Part shown: piece after piece, positions 1-10,047 of the stretch
Layout of the letters: every line of letters starts with the position of its first letter
Position numbering within the stretch: the stretch's first letter is position 1
Assembly: GCA_963816145.1 (NCBI GenBank)
Contig: CAWFJP010000024.1
Span: 1-64,000 of the forward strand
Origin: an uncultured delta proteobacterium
GTDB lineage: Bacteria; Desulfobacterota; Binatia; UBA9968
Reading direction: 5' to 3'
Length of the DNA: 64,000 nt
Notes under the pieces: generated by a model
Database searches by the model: none
What the model was told of the DNA's origin: nothing
Seen by the model: only the letters and a program-made list of their open reading frames with translations
Program-made: the position numbers and the translations under genes

Positions 1-3
1 GCG

Positions 4-41
4 GGGTGGCGAGGCTTCGGTCTGCCGAAGCCTCGCCACCC
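4..41 (-). terminator. GC-rich hairpin (17-bp perfect stem, 4-nt loop) downstream of 87..494
   Basis: gggtggcgaggcttcgg-tctg-ccgaagcctcgccaccc; any U-tract would lie outside the window. Confidence 0.55.
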
Positions 42-86
42 GTTTCCATGGGACGGCTATGTCCGCTGGCGGTGTTCACACCCCGC

Positions 87-494
87 TCAGTCGTATCCCC
101 AAACTTTGACGGTGGCCGTCGGTTTATTATTGAGGATCTTGTACTGGACCGCCACCGACGTGAGGGTCGCCTCGCGTCCCGGAGCGTCCTTCGGAGCCGT
201 TTCTCCTCCCGACTTCACGACTCCGACCTTCGTGATGGTGTCGTCCTTACGACCCTTCCAGCGGAGCACGACTTTCGTGATCTCCACGTCAGCGCCCTCG
301 ACCGAGATCTTCGTCCTCTTGATGTCCTCCTTCCACATCTTCCCCTCTTCGGCCTTGATCTCCGCGTTGGGATCCATGGACTTGACCACCTTCTCGCCGA
401 GCACGAACCACTGGTCAGCGCTGGCGCTGCCAAGGGCGGCCAGCAGGACTACGGCCGCGAAGCCAATGCCCCCTCCTAGGAATCTTGCTTTCAT
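87..494 (-). CDS. Secreted hypothetical protein, DUF2541/YaaI-like
   Basis: Signal peptide (…LGSASA-DQ), WFVLGEK start, 'ADVEITKVVLRW', C-terminal 'ATVKVWG'; resembles the paralog at 4998..5432. Confidence 0.65.
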   Translation of the reverse strand: MKARFLGGGIGFAAVVLLAALGSASADQWFVLGEKVVKSMDPNAEIKAEEGKMWKEDIKRTKISVEGADVEITKVVLRWKGRKDDTITKVGVVKSGGETAPKDAPGREATLTSVAVQYKILNNKPTATVKVWGYD

Positions 495-521
495 TCGTTC
501 TCCTGTTCTTTCTGATCCCCG

Positions 522-731
522 TTAGCCGGAGATCGGTTGCGCCCACCGCTTCATCCGAGTTGCACAGCGGTGGGACTGTATGTATGCGGAATTTAAACCA
601 CCTCCTTTTTTTTCACCCCCCTTCCTTATCAGATACGAAGCGTAGCTACTCCATCGGTAATCTTGTCGGCGCTCGGCTAATTTCGCCTCGACGGGGTTGA
701 TGCGAATATAGCGGCGCCTTTGACCTGCCAC
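522..731 (-). pseudogene. C-terminal remnant of REP-associated tyrosine transposase (RAYT, IS200/Y1 family)
   Basis: RYIRINPVEAKLAERRQDYRWSSYASY matches the RAYT motif YIxxNPVxAxL…xYxWSSY; the N-terminal HUH part is absent. Confidence 0.7.
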
Positions 732-737
732 GCGCGT

Positions 738-2288
738 CTACAACAGGTGGTCAATCGGCAGAATGCCGATGAAGTCGAAAAGTAACCTCTCCCATACGTT
801 GGTTCCCGGGTCTTTGTCGTACTGCACCTTTTCGCCGTTATTCTCAGCGGTCCACACTAGCCGATCATCATTGTCGAGCGTTACGTGATAGGCACTGCCC
901 GGTGAGACCCCTGCATCCATAATCTTTGCCACTTGACCGGCGATCTCCGGACTGTCGATCATCACACCGACCTCGGTGTTGAGGGTCGACGATCTTGGGT
1001 CGAGGTTGAAACTGCCGATGAACACGGACTTGCGGTCGAACACCAGGGACTTGGCGTGCAAGGCCGCTCGCGATTTAACCGCCAGAAGCGACCAATGCCT
1101 TTCCATGTCGGTATCCGGACGAAGCTCGTAAAGCTCGGCACCAGCCTTGAGCAACTCCTCGCGGGTATTTTCATAGCCGGCAAACGCCGCTATGACGTCA
1201 GTAGAGCCAGCCGAATTGGTCAGCACTCGCACCTTGACGCCTCGCGCGGTCAGTTTCCGCACCCCCTCGATATTCGCTTCGGGCAGCACAAAATACGGCG
1301 ACTCGACCAACACTTCGCGCTCCACCTCGCTCAGCCGTTGGCTCAGCGCCTTGTGGATGACACCGATCTCAGCGGCGGTCTCGACCCTGTCGGGAAGCTC
1401 AACCAAAACGTGTCCCGGTGCCCAGGTGAAATTGTTCCGAATCTGGACCAGCCGCGCGCGTAGTTCATCGACATTTTGGTAGATGGGATACGGGTAGCCG
1501 CTGGCACTGACGCTTTCCTCAAACTGTTTCAGCTTGGCCTTCCAGTCTTGTTCGGTCGCAGTTTCTTTCACCATCGCACCGACAGGGATCGCCCAATCGC
1601 TGTTCCAGAACATGTCGAAGCTCGCCGATATCTCCCGGACGATGGGACCCGTCGTCAGAACATCGAGGTCGCGAAAGTTATGGTCTTCCCGAACGCCGAA
1701 GTAAACATCCGCAATGTTGCGTCCCCCGACGATCCCCACAGCGTTGTCCACGACAAGCAGCTTGTTGTGCATCCGGCGGTTAACGCGGGTAAAATCGACC
1801 AAAAAACTCATCGTGCGCCAAAACCGGTTGGTTACCGGGTTGAAGAAACGTATTTCGATGTTGGGGTGGCCATCCAGCGCCGCAACCGCAGAGTCTCTCG
1901 CCTCCGTTTGATAATGGTCGTCGATCAATATGCGCACGCGTACGCCGCGGTTGGCGGCGCGCATCAGCCGGCTGGCTAAGATCCGGCCGGTGGTGTCCGA
2001 GTCCCAGATGTAATACTGCGCGTCCAGCGTCTTTTCTGCCAAGTCGGCCATAGCAAGCCGGGCAAGGAAAGCGTTCTCCCCATGTTCAACAACGGAGAAA
2101 CCGGATAAGCCCGGATGTTTGTCGGCGGCTTCCCCAAAAAGCGCGCCCACTGCGGTGGTCTCAGGATGTGCAAATGCATTTGACGGCATGCGCGGGTAAT
2201 CCCAATTGACCGCGGCACACGCGTTCAGAACGAAGGCCATTGCGAGAGCCGGGAATATGCTCTTGAATATGTGAGACATGCGATTCAT
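738..2288 (-). CDS. Phospholipase D family lipoprotein, cardiolipin synthase ClsC/YmdC-like
   Basis: Two HKD motifs (MHNKLLVVD, LHAKSLVFD…GSFNLDPRS); lipobox LNAC. Confidence 0.9.
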   Translation of the reverse strand: MNRMSHIFKSIFPALAMAFVLNACAAVNWDYPRMPSNAFAHPETTAVGALFGEAADKHPGLSGFSVVEHGENAFLARLAMADLAEKTLDAQYYIWDSDTTGRILASRLMRAANRGVRVRILIDDHYQTEARDSAVAALDGHPNIEIRFFNPVTNRFWRTMSFLVDFTRVNRRMHNKLLVVDNAVGIVGGRNIADVYFGVREDHNFRDLDVLTTGPIVREISASFDMFWNSDWAIPVGAMVKETATEQDWKAKLKQFEESVSASGYPYPIYQNVDELRARLVQIRNNFTWAPGHVLVELPDRVETAAEIGVIHKALSQRLSEVEREVLVESPYFVLPEANIEGVRKLTARGVKVRVLTNSAGSTDVIAAFAGYENTREELLKAGAELYELRPDTDMERHWSLLAVKSRAALHAKSLVFDRKSVFIGSFNLDPRSSTLNTEVGVMIDSPEIAGQVAKIMDAGVSPGSAYHVTLDNDDRLVWTAENNGEKVQYDKDPGTNVWERLLFDFIGILPIDHLL

Positions 2289-2334
2289 CTCTTTGTCCCT
2301 CCCTCTCGGGATCTCTTCAACGGACCGCTTTCAT

Positions 2335-2937
2335 CTAATGGCCGGGTACCTTAGCGCGCAGGTTTTGAATCAGTTCCTCCAACGAGGCCGTCCGAAGAAA
2401 TCGCGCGAACTGAGAGCGATAATTTTCAACCACGCTGACGTCATCGATAACCGCATCGTAAACCATCCACTGTCCACTTGTGAGATGGAGCTTGTAGCCG
2501 ATTTTGATCGGATCTCCCTGGCCGCCAACAACCCGCGTGTCGACCTCCGCAGATTCTCCATCTGAGCGGTCGCGGTCGTAAACCATTTTTTCGCCTCGAT
2601 AAGAGCCGAGTGTGCTCATATATGAGTGTTCGACAAAGTCAGTGAACGTCGATACATACACTTTCTCCATGCCGTACAGATCTTTCCAGCGATTCCCCAG
2701 CGACTTCTCCGCCATTGCGGCAAAATCAATGCGGGTCAGAAGAATCTGCCGAAGAGAGCTCCTGTTTTTCTCAATGTCCTCCGGGCTCCGGATGGTCCGG
2801 AGAACTTCGACGACGCGATCCATGGTACCTTGAAGTTGCTCCTTCGCGCTCTCGGCCGCAGCGTTTGGGGCAAAGGTCAGAAAAAGCACCGATAAAAGCA
2901 ATCCGAAATTTAAGTATCTGTACTTGGCCAACATCAT
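2335..2937 (-). CDS. MlaC/Ttg2D-family phospholipid-binding periplasmic protein
   Basis: Signal peptide; IDFAAMAEKSLGNRW; WMVYDAVIDDVSVVENYRSQF. Confidence 0.85.
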   Translation of the reverse strand: MMLAKYRYLNFGLLLSVLFLTFAPNAAAESAKEQLQGTMDRVVEVLRTIRSPEDIEKNRSSLRQILLTRIDFAAMAEKSLGNRWKDLYGMEKVYVSTFTDFVEHSYMSTLGSYRGEKMVYDRDRSDGESAEVDTRVVGGQGDPIKIGYKLHLTSGQWMVYDAVIDDVSVVENYRSQFARFLRTASLEELIQNLRAKVPGH

Positions 2938-3016
2938 AAATTTTCCTTATGCGTCATGGAATCAAAGTTCGTTGAAAAAGTAATTGGCTTTATATCAAAG
3001 AGCCGATGAGCCTTTA

Positions 3017-3036
3017 TATTGGACTTTGGTCCAATA
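3017..3036. promoter_or_regulatory. Palindromic regulator site upstream of mlaC-cls operon
   Basis: tattggac-tttg-gtccaata, perfect 8-4-8. Confidence 0.8.
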
Positions 3037-3396
3037 GCCTTTCCGCCCATGCGCCACATGCTCATTGCCGCAATTACCCACGAAAACAGCACAACTCATG
3101 CCACAAATTCCGGAGCTGCCTACGTCAGATAATTGTTGTTTCGAAAATAGCGATGCAGCGCATTTCCGATAATAGAGAAATATAAGGCGGCCTAATTGCC
3201 ACTTCCGCGAAAAGTTGTCTGCACGCCGATTCTTGTGTCTTTTATTCATCGACCGACACAACGACTCACTGCGGAGAGCCGATCTGTCGCGTCCCACCAG
3301 ATTCGGAACACGGATAAGAACGGCCATCAGCTCTGACTTATCCGGCCGGAATCTGTGTTCCGAATTCGCGGGACAGGACACATCCTCATCCCGATT

Positions 3397-3592
3397 TTTT
3401 CCGTCGACACTCGACACTCTTCCCTCGAGTGTCACGGTGACTTTTTCACAGGAAGCAACAGAGGAAACAGAGATAAAAAAATCTCTCTCTGCTCTCTCCA
3501 TTTGCTCCTGTATAAAAGATCCGAAAGGGTCGAGGGTCGGGTGTCGAGGCGAGGATCACTCGACACTCCTCCCTCGTCCCTCGTACTTCACC
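3397..3592. repeat. Composite REP-like element (TCGACAC/TCGAGGG heptamer family plus an ACAGAGGAAACAGAG…TGCTCCTGT hairpin)
   Basis: gggtcgagggtcgggtgtcga recurs at 8110 and 22705; the hairpin at 3442-3517 recurs at about 22640 and 30007. Confidence 0.7.
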
Positions 3593-4167
3593 CCTTGTCA
3601 GTGCGAAAACCCGCGCGCTCCTTGGACGGCGCCGAGAGCCGGCCCGAGCTACCGTTGAAGATTCGCACCTTCTCGAAGATAACGGCCGCGGGTGGATTAC
3701 CCTGGGCAAGAGCTGGCTAAGCGGCAATCCAGGCAGAGAAGAGCAGAGCGCTGAGTAGAAATTTGAAATGAAGCTGCATTGCTTGTGCGATTGTTACACG
3801 TCCGGTCACGGCACCCCCTGCAATAGTTGAAAGTCGTGCGCGCTGTCGGCGGCACGACCTCATGAATCACTTCGTGGTGAACCATGACCCAGCCAGCTGG
3901 AGTTGGGTTACTACTTTATCGGCTCCCAAGTCTTGTCCGTTTGCGCGAGCTAATCTGCGAATTTTTTCTGCCGCCGAGAACGTAGGTCGCTTGATCGAGA
4001 GTGACTCCCACCCACCGGGCGAACACCCTTTACAGGAGGCTCGACATGCGCCAGCTGAATCAGTTGCGCGAGATCCGTCGATCTGTCGCTCCCGTCGATA
4101 GACCGCCGGCAACTTCATCGACCCTCAGGGCATCGGTCCCGAGGCTTGCATCAGACTCTCTCGATGA

Positions 4168-4866
4168 CTACTGCTCATCGTCCGAGTCAAACACCAAGCG
4201 AGAGAACCAGCCGGCAATCACGGCGCCGACGATCGGCGCAACCCAGAACAACCACAGTTGCTCGATCGCCCAGCCGCCGACAAACAGCGCCGGCCCGGTG
4301 CTGCGCGCCGGGTTCACCGAGGTGTTGGTCACCGGTATGCTGATGAGATGGATCAACGTCAAACACAGGCCAATGGCGATGCCGGCAAAACCGGCAGACG
4401 CGCGCTTGTGAGTCGCGCCGAGGATCACCACCAGGAACATGAAGGTCATTACGATTTCGCTGACCAATGCGGCGCCGAAGCTGTACTTCCCAGGCGAGTG
4501 CTCGCCGAAACCGTTGGAGGCAAAGCCCCCCGCCAGCTCGAAGCCGGCTTTGCCGCTCGCAATCAGGTACAGCACGCCGGCTGCGACGATCGCGCCGCCC
4601 ACCTGGGCAATCACGTATGGCAGCAGTCTCGACGACGGAAAGCGGCCTCCGGCCCACAGTCCGAAGGAGACCGCGGGATTGAAGTGCCCACCGGAGATCG
4701 GGCCGAGCGCATAGGCGCCGGTCAACACGGTCAGACCGAACGCGAACGACACGCCGGTCAGGCCAATGCCTACTTCGGGAAACGCCGCAGCCAGCACCGC
4801 GCTGCCGCAGCCTCCGAGAACCAACCAAAACGTTCCGACAAATTCTGCAGCTAAACTTCGCGACAT
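4168..4866 (-). CDS. aqpZ: Aquaporin Z
   Basis: [10 protein letters not shown] and [13 protein letters not shown] motifs; [18 protein letters not shown]. Confidence 0.97.
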   Translation of the reverse strand: MSRSLAAEFVGTFWLVLGGCGSAVLAAAFPEVGIGLTGVSFAFGLTVLTGAYALGPISGGHFNPAVSFGLWAGGRFPSSRLLPYVIAQVGGAIVAAGVLYLIASGKAGFELAGGFASNGFGEHSPGKYSFGAALVSEIVMTFMFLVVILGATHKRASAGFAGIAIGLCLTLIHLISIPVTNTSVNPARSTGPALFVGGWAIEQLWLFWVAPIVGAVIAGWFSRLVFDSDDEQ

Positions 4867-4997
4867 GACGTCACCTTCCTTTCTCTTTCACTGTTAAGCT
4901 TCTTCACTTATTTCACCTTCTTCATTTATGCAACTTCGCCGAGCGCCCAACGCTTGGTGGGTGTGTCTTAGACAATTTACTACCACCGGATCCCCGT

Positions 4998-5432
4998 CTA
5001 TTTCATGCCGAAGAGCATAACATCGGCCTTGCCCTTCAGGACACCCTGGGTGTCGTACCAGAACTCTATCTTCCTCAGGCTCCGCGTGCCAACGCCGCGC
5101 AGATCGATGGCCCGGCTTTCGCCTCCCTGCGGGATGTTCTGGCGCACGTTAATCCGGTCCGTCCCACGTTGTCGTAGGTGACAACCATTCGTTCCATGTC
5201 CAAAGGCGCATTGATCACCTTGAACTTGATGCTCCGGAAGTTGTCGAAGGGCCGCTGCACGATGATCGTGTCGTGGTCAGCGGTATGCGAAGCCTCCGTC
5301 CTCCCTAGCAGCCGCCAGGACCCCTTCGGGCCGGCTTTGGGCTGGACAACTTTTTGCGCCTCTGAGGAAACCGCCCAGAAAACGGCGAGCGCCACTAGGG
5401 GGGAGGAAGATTAGCTTAACTCGCTTACTCAT
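4998..5432 (-). pseudogene. DUF2541-like secreted protein, two apparent frameshifts (about 5400 and 5160)
   Basis: WRLLGRTEASHTADHDTI…APLDMERMVVTYDN continues in another frame as DRINVRQNIPQGGESRAIDLRGVGTRSLRKIEFWYDT…VMLFGMK*. Confidence 0.7.
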
Positions 5433-5486
5433 AAAACTCCTTTCTTCTCATACCTGTTAATTTTGCGAACCCTGTTTTCTTACCAT

Positions 5487-5668
5487 CGAATCCGAAATCC
5501 GAATATCGAAATCCGAAGCTCGAAGCTCGAAACAAATTCAAAATGATGAAAACAAAACAACTACAATGCTCCAAACGGGACGGATCGAATTCACCGTTTT
5601 GGATTTTCTGATTTTGACTTTATTTTGGCCGCGGTTTGTTTCGGATTTCGTGCTTCGGATTTCGGATT
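5487..5668. repeat. Heptamer-armed long inverted repeat (AATCCGA family), copy 1
   Basis: aatccga-aatccga-atatcga-aatccga-agctcga-agctcga-aacaaatt … tttgtttcggatttcgtgcttcggatttcggatt. Confidence 0.8.
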
Positions 5669-5713
5669 AATCCTTGTAGAGTTTTTTGGTCCGCGGCGCC
5701 GCTTTCGTGCTTT

Positions 5714-8068
5714 CTATTGCTTCGCTAGGGCGATGCGCATCTGGGCCTGGTAATCCTCGACATGCTCGCCGCTGACGTCGACAATGACCCGCTTGATCGC
5801 GCCGGTGAAATGAAACGGCGGTTGGTACTCCGGCGTCACCGGCGCGCCCACGTCGGCGCCGACCAGCATGGCGCCGCCCTGCGCTAGTCGATTCGGCGTC
5901 GTTACAGGCAGTTCGCCGCGACCGACCTCCTTGCCATCAATCAGCAGCTTGACCACGCCCGGCGCGCCCTTGCCCTTGTCGAAGTCGGGCTTTCCAGTGG
6001 GTTCGAACTCCATGCTCAGAAAGTGCCGGCCGGCGCTTACGGCGGTCTTCGACTTCACATGGTAGAGTTCGACGGCGACGTAGTTGTGCACGAAGCACAG
6101 CTTGCCGCCCTGCACGTAGAATGAGATGCCGCCGTCGTTGCCACCCATGCTGAGTAAGACTCCTTCCGCCCCCTCCTTGGAAATGTCCACCTCCGCCGTG
6201 ATGGAATAGGGCCGGTTGAGGATTTTCGGCGCGGCGCCCGCTGGTATCGACTGGGTGCCCGGATAGAGCACGTAGCGGTTACGGCTGACCGCAATTTGCG
6301 GGCGCTCCTCGCGGACACGCTGCAGGCCCCGGCTGTCGATCGGCAGGACGTTGTACTTGCCGGCCTCGTTGTACCACATGCCGATCATCGCGATCAGGCG
6401 GGCCTTCTCCTTCTCAGCAAGATTGTTGGTCTCGGCGAAGTCCTCGTTCAGGTTGTAGAGTTCCCAGCCTTTGGCATCGAGCTCAGTGAGCATGTCATAG
6501 GTGATCGGAGTCCCGAAGGTTCTGCCGGATTCAGTAAATGAAGTTCCCGGCCAGGGGCAGACCGCGCGCCAGCCATCGTGGTAGAGCGATCGGTGCCCCA
6601 TCATTTCGAAGTACTGGGTGGTGTGTTTGTCGGGCGCCTTGGCGTTGTCGAACGTGGAGACCAGGCTGATGCCTTCGATGGGAGATTGGGTCACGCCCCG
6701 AATGGATGCAGGCGGCTCGAGCCCGAGGGCATCGAGGATCGTCGGTACCATGTCGATGATGTGGGTGTACTGCGTGCGGATCTCGCCGCGCGCCTTGATA
6801 CCCTTGGGCCAACTGACGATGAACGGGTCGCTGACACCGCCGCGGTAGGTTTCCCGCTTCCAGCGCCGGAAAGGTGTGTTGCCGGCATACGTCCAACCCC
6901 AAGGAAAGTGATTGAAAGTTTTCGGCCCGCCGATCTCGTCGATGGCCGCCAGGTTCTGTTCGACCGTGTCCGGGACGTTGTTGAAAAACTTGCACTCGTT
7001 AATCGATCCGTGCGGGCCGCCCTCGGCGCTCGAACCGTTGTCCGAGATCAACATGATCAGCGTGTTCTCATACTCGCCCAAGTCCTTGAGGAACTGAATG
7101 AGATCGCCCAAGTAGTGGTCGGTGTGGGTCAGGAAACCGGCGAAGACCTCCATCATCCGCGCGTAGACCCGGCGTTCATCCGCCGTGAGCTTCTCCCAAT
7201 CCTGCACATCCGGATCGTGGCGTGAGAGCGTAGCATTCGTGGGGATAATCCCCAGCTCCTTCTGCTTGTCGAAGACCTGCTTGCGGTAGGCGTCCCAACC
7301 GGCGTCGAATTTGCCCTTGTACTTGTCCGCCCATTCCTTGGGCACATGGTGCGGCGAATGCATGGCGCCAGGGGCAAAATACATGAAGAACGGCTTGTTT
7401 GGCGCCACCTGCTTGGCGTCGGCAATCATCGCCTTGGCCTTTTCGACCAGGTCCACCGTGAAGTGGTAGCCGTCCTCCGGAGTCTTCTCCGGTTCGGTCT
7501 GCGAGTTATCCCGAACCAGCTCGGGATAATATTGATGGGAGTCGCCGCCCAGGAAACCGTAGTAACGCTCAAAGCCGCGACCGAGAGGCCACCGGTCATA
7601 CGGGCCGGCTGCCGTCATCGTCTCCTCCGGAGCCAGATGCCACTTGCCGAGGCAGTAGGTGTTGTAGCCCCTCTGCTGCAGGATCTCCGAGATGAAGCCG
7701 TTCTCGAAGGGGATGTAGCCGTCCGATCCCGGATACCCTGTCGAACCATTGGTGAGACAAGCCAAATGGTTGGAATGGTGGTTGCGGCCGGTGAGGATGC
7801 ATGAGCGCGACGGCGAGCACAGGGCGGTCGTGTGCATGTTGCTGTAGCGCAGGCCATCGGCGGCCAGCGCGTCGATGTTGGGGGTTGCGATGGGGCTGCC
7901 GTAGCATCCCAGATGCCCGAAGCCGGTGTCGTCGAGAACGATGAAGAGGACGTTGGGCGCCGCCTCCTTCGCCCGGTTGGGTTCGGGCCACGCAGGTTTC
8001 GAGACTTCGGCCGTGCGCCCGATCACGCCGGGGAATGTGGTTCCTGGTTTGTATTCCGTGAGTGCCAT
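5714..8068 (-). CDS. Arylsulfatase (Cys-type, AtsA-like), no signal peptide
   Basis: NVLFIVLDDTG; CSPSR signature; GKWHL. Confidence 0.93.
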   Translation of the reverse strand: MALTEYKPGTTFPGVIGRTAEVSKPAWPEPNRAKEAAPNVLFIVLDDTGFGHLGCYGSPIATPNIDALAADGLRYSNMHTTALCSPSRSCILTGRNHHSNHLACLTNGSTGYPGSDGYIPFENGFISEILQQRGYNTYCLGKWHLAPEETMTAAGPYDRWPLGRGFERYYGFLGGDSHQYYPELVRDNSQTEPEKTPEDGYHFTVDLVEKAKAMIADAKQVAPNKPFFMYFAPGAMHSPHHVPKEWADKYKGKFDAGWDAYRKQVFDKQKELGIIPTNATLSRHDPDVQDWEKLTADERRVYARMMEVFAGFLTHTDHYLGDLIQFLKDLGEYENTLIMLISDNGSSAEGGPHGSINECKFFNNVPDTVEQNLAAIDEIGGPKTFNHFPWGWTYAGNTPFRRWKRETYRGGVSDPFIVSWPKGIKARGEIRTQYTHIIDMVPTILDALGLEPPASIRGVTQSPIEGISLVSTFDNAKAPDKHTTQYFEMMGHRSLYHDGWRAVCPWPGTSFTESGRTFGTPITYDMLTELDAKGWELYNLNEDFAETNNLAEKEKARLIAMIGMWYNEAGKYNVLPIDSRGLQRVREERPQIAVSRNRYVLYPGTQSIPAGAAPKILNRPYSITAEVDISKEGAEGVLLSMGGNDGGISFYVQGGKLCFVHNYVAVELYHVKSKTAVSAGRHFLSMEFEPTGKPDFDKGKGAPGVVKLLIDGKEVGRGELPVTTPNRLAQGGAMLVGADVGAPVTPEYQPPFHFTGAIKRVIVDVSGEHVEDYQAQMRIALAKQ

Positions 8069-8109
8069 AAAAATCCTCCGAAGGTTTGATGCCAGTTCAA
8101 GAAGGTAAA

Positions 8110-8264
8110 GGGTCGAGGGTCGGGTGTCGAAGGGAAGAAAACTACAGCTTTGCTTCGCCTTTTTCTGCTCCGTGTCCGTTGTTTTTCATTCGTCACTCGA
8201 CCTCCAACTCGCAACACTTCCTCGTCACTCGGGTTTTCCCCTCGACACCCGACAGTCGACCCTC
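8110..8264. repeat. REP-like element, TCGACAC/TCGAGGG family
   Basis: gggtcgagggtcgggtgtcgaaggg … ccctcgacacccgacagtcgaccc inverted arms. Confidence 0.75.
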
Positions 8265-8270
8265 AGTTTC

Positions 8271-9761
8271 CTAGGACGCCGACACCGACGACTGCATTTT
8301 TTCCAGCGCCTGATCGATGGTGAAGGAGCCCGGCTTTTGCCGCGGCGGGAAGTCTTTGAAGGACATCAAGGTCCGGCCGACGATATTCTGCACCGGCACG
8401 GCGATGAAGGCGCGGCGATACCACCACTCGTTGTAACCCATGCCTTCCTGGCCGCGCTCGAAGGGATCGATCTCGAGATCGAAAAAGATCGGTCCGCGCA
8501 AAGTTGTGAAGGGGTGGCGCCAGACGTCAATGCCGGTGGATTCCTGGATCATGAAGTGGATCTTTAGGCGCTCGTAGCGCAGGGCAAGCAGGTCGCCATC
8601 GTCGCTGAAGTAGAAGAACTCCTTGCGGGCGCCTTTCTCACTCTTGCCAGCGAGGTAGTCCAGTTGGTTGTAGCCATCGAGATGGACCTTGAAGCTCTTG
8701 TCGCCAGCGCTGTGGCCTTGGAGCAGCTTCTCCTTGATGTCGGGCACACCGGCGGCGGCGAGGAAGGTGGGCAGCCAGTCTTCTCCGGCGAAGATGTCGG
8801 TGAACTTGGTGCCGGGCTTGACCACGCCGGGCCAGCGGATCAGGGCGGGCACGCGCCAGCCACCTTCCCAATTGGTGTTCTTCTCGCCGCGGAAGGGCGT
8901 CGTGCCGGCGTCCGGGAAAAGACAGACCATAGGGCCGTTGTCGGTGGTGTAGACGACGAGGGTGTCCTCGGTGAGCCCGAGATCATCAACGGTCTTGAGC
9001 AGTTTGCCGACGTTGGCATCGTGCTCGACCATGCCATCGGCGTAAAAACCGAGGCCGGTCTTGCCCAGGTTGGCATCCTTCACATGGGTGAAGTTGTGCA
9101 TGCGCGTGGTGTTGAACCAGCAGAAGAACGGCTTGCCGGCCTTCTTGGCGCGGCCGAGGAAATCCTCGGTAGCGGCGAGCACCTCTTCGTCAATGGTCTC
9201 CATGCGCTTCTTGGTGAGCGGACCGGTGTCCTCGATGATCTGTCCGCCCTTGCCGTCGGCGCTGGACTTGATCACGCCGCGCGGCCCAAACTTCTTCTTG
9301 AACTCGGGGCTCTTGGGATAGTCCGGGTTCTCTGGTTCTTCCTCGGCGTTGAGATGGTAGAGGTTGCCGAGGAACTCGTCGAAGCCGTGATTGGTGGGGA
9401 GGAACTCATCCTTGTCGCCAAGGTGATTTTTGCCGAACTGGCCGGTCATATAGCCGAGCGGCTTGAGCAGTTCGGCGATGGTCGGATCCTCCTTGCGCAG
9501 GCCGAGATCGGCGCCGGGCAAGCCGACCTTGCTGAGACCGGTGCGAAACGGCAGCTGACCGGTGACAAACGCCGAGCGGCCGGCGGTGCAGCTTTGCTGG
9601 GCGTAGTAAGTCATGAACTGGCCGCCTTCTTTGGCCAGGCGATCGATGTTGGGCGTGTTATAGCCCATCATGCCCTGGTGGTAGGCGCTGATGTTAAAGA
9701 TGCCGATGTCATCCCCCATGATAACCAGGATGTTGGGTTTTTTCTGCGGTGGTTGTGCCAT
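8271..9761 (-). CDS. Arylsulfatase (Cys-type)
   Basis: KPNILVIMGDDIG; SCTAGRSA; GKNHLGD; FRGEKNTNWEGG. Confidence 0.93.
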   Translation of the reverse strand: MAQPPQKKPNILVIMGDDIGIFNISAYHQGMMGYNTPNIDRLAKEGGQFMTYYAQQSCTAGRSAFVTGQLPFRTGLSKVGLPGADLGLRKEDPTIAELLKPLGYMTGQFGKNHLGDKDEFLPTNHGFDEFLGNLYHLNAEEEPENPDYPKSPEFKKKFGPRGVIKSSADGKGGQIIEDTGPLTKKRMETIDEEVLAATEDFLGRAKKAGKPFFCWFNTTRMHNFTHVKDANLGKTGLGFYADGMVEHDANVGKLLKTVDDLGLTEDTLVVYTTDNGPMVCLFPDAGTTPFRGEKNTNWEGGWRVPALIRWPGVVKPGTKFTDIFAGEDWLPTFLAAAGVPDIKEKLLQGHSAGDKSFKVHLDGYNQLDYLAGKSEKGARKEFFYFSDDGDLLALRYERLKIHFMIQESTGIDVWRHPFTTLRGPIFFDLEIDPFERGQEGMGYNEWWYRRAFIAVPVQNIVGRTLMSFKDFPPRQKPGSFTIDQALEKMQSSVSAS

Positions 9762-9839
9762 TTTTAAATTCCTCTCGTTTGAATCTTTTAATGCTCAGGA
9801 AAACCAAGTCATGAATTCTTTTCGGGCCAAGACACTCTC

Positions 9840-10021
9840 AAAATGCGAAATCCGAATATCGAATTTCGAAACAAACCAGCGCCAAAATGAATTCAAAATC
9901 AGAAAATTCAAAATGCGGGATCCGATCCCTCCTGTTTGGAACAGTGAATTTGTTTTGGATTTCCTGCTTTGAATTTGTTTCGAATTTCGCTTCGCGGGGC
10001 CGCTTTCGAGTTTCGAATTTG
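9840..10021. repeat. Heptamer-armed long inverted repeat (AATCCGA family), copy 2
   Basis: cgaaatccgaatatcgaatttcgaaacaaa … tttgtttcgaatttcg…tttcgagtttcgaattt. Confidence 0.75.
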
Positions 10022-10047
10022 TATTTCTGCTTTTCGGCGCCCGCCGA

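Noticed and set aside
2995-3727. ORFs 2995..3501, 3215..3658 and 3446..3727
   Set aside because: They run through promoter and REP sequence and have non-protein-like composition.
4030-4165. aggagg RBS + ATG at about 4046 on the + strand
   Set aside because: The frame runs antisense into aqpZ with no recognisable product; at most a relic start.
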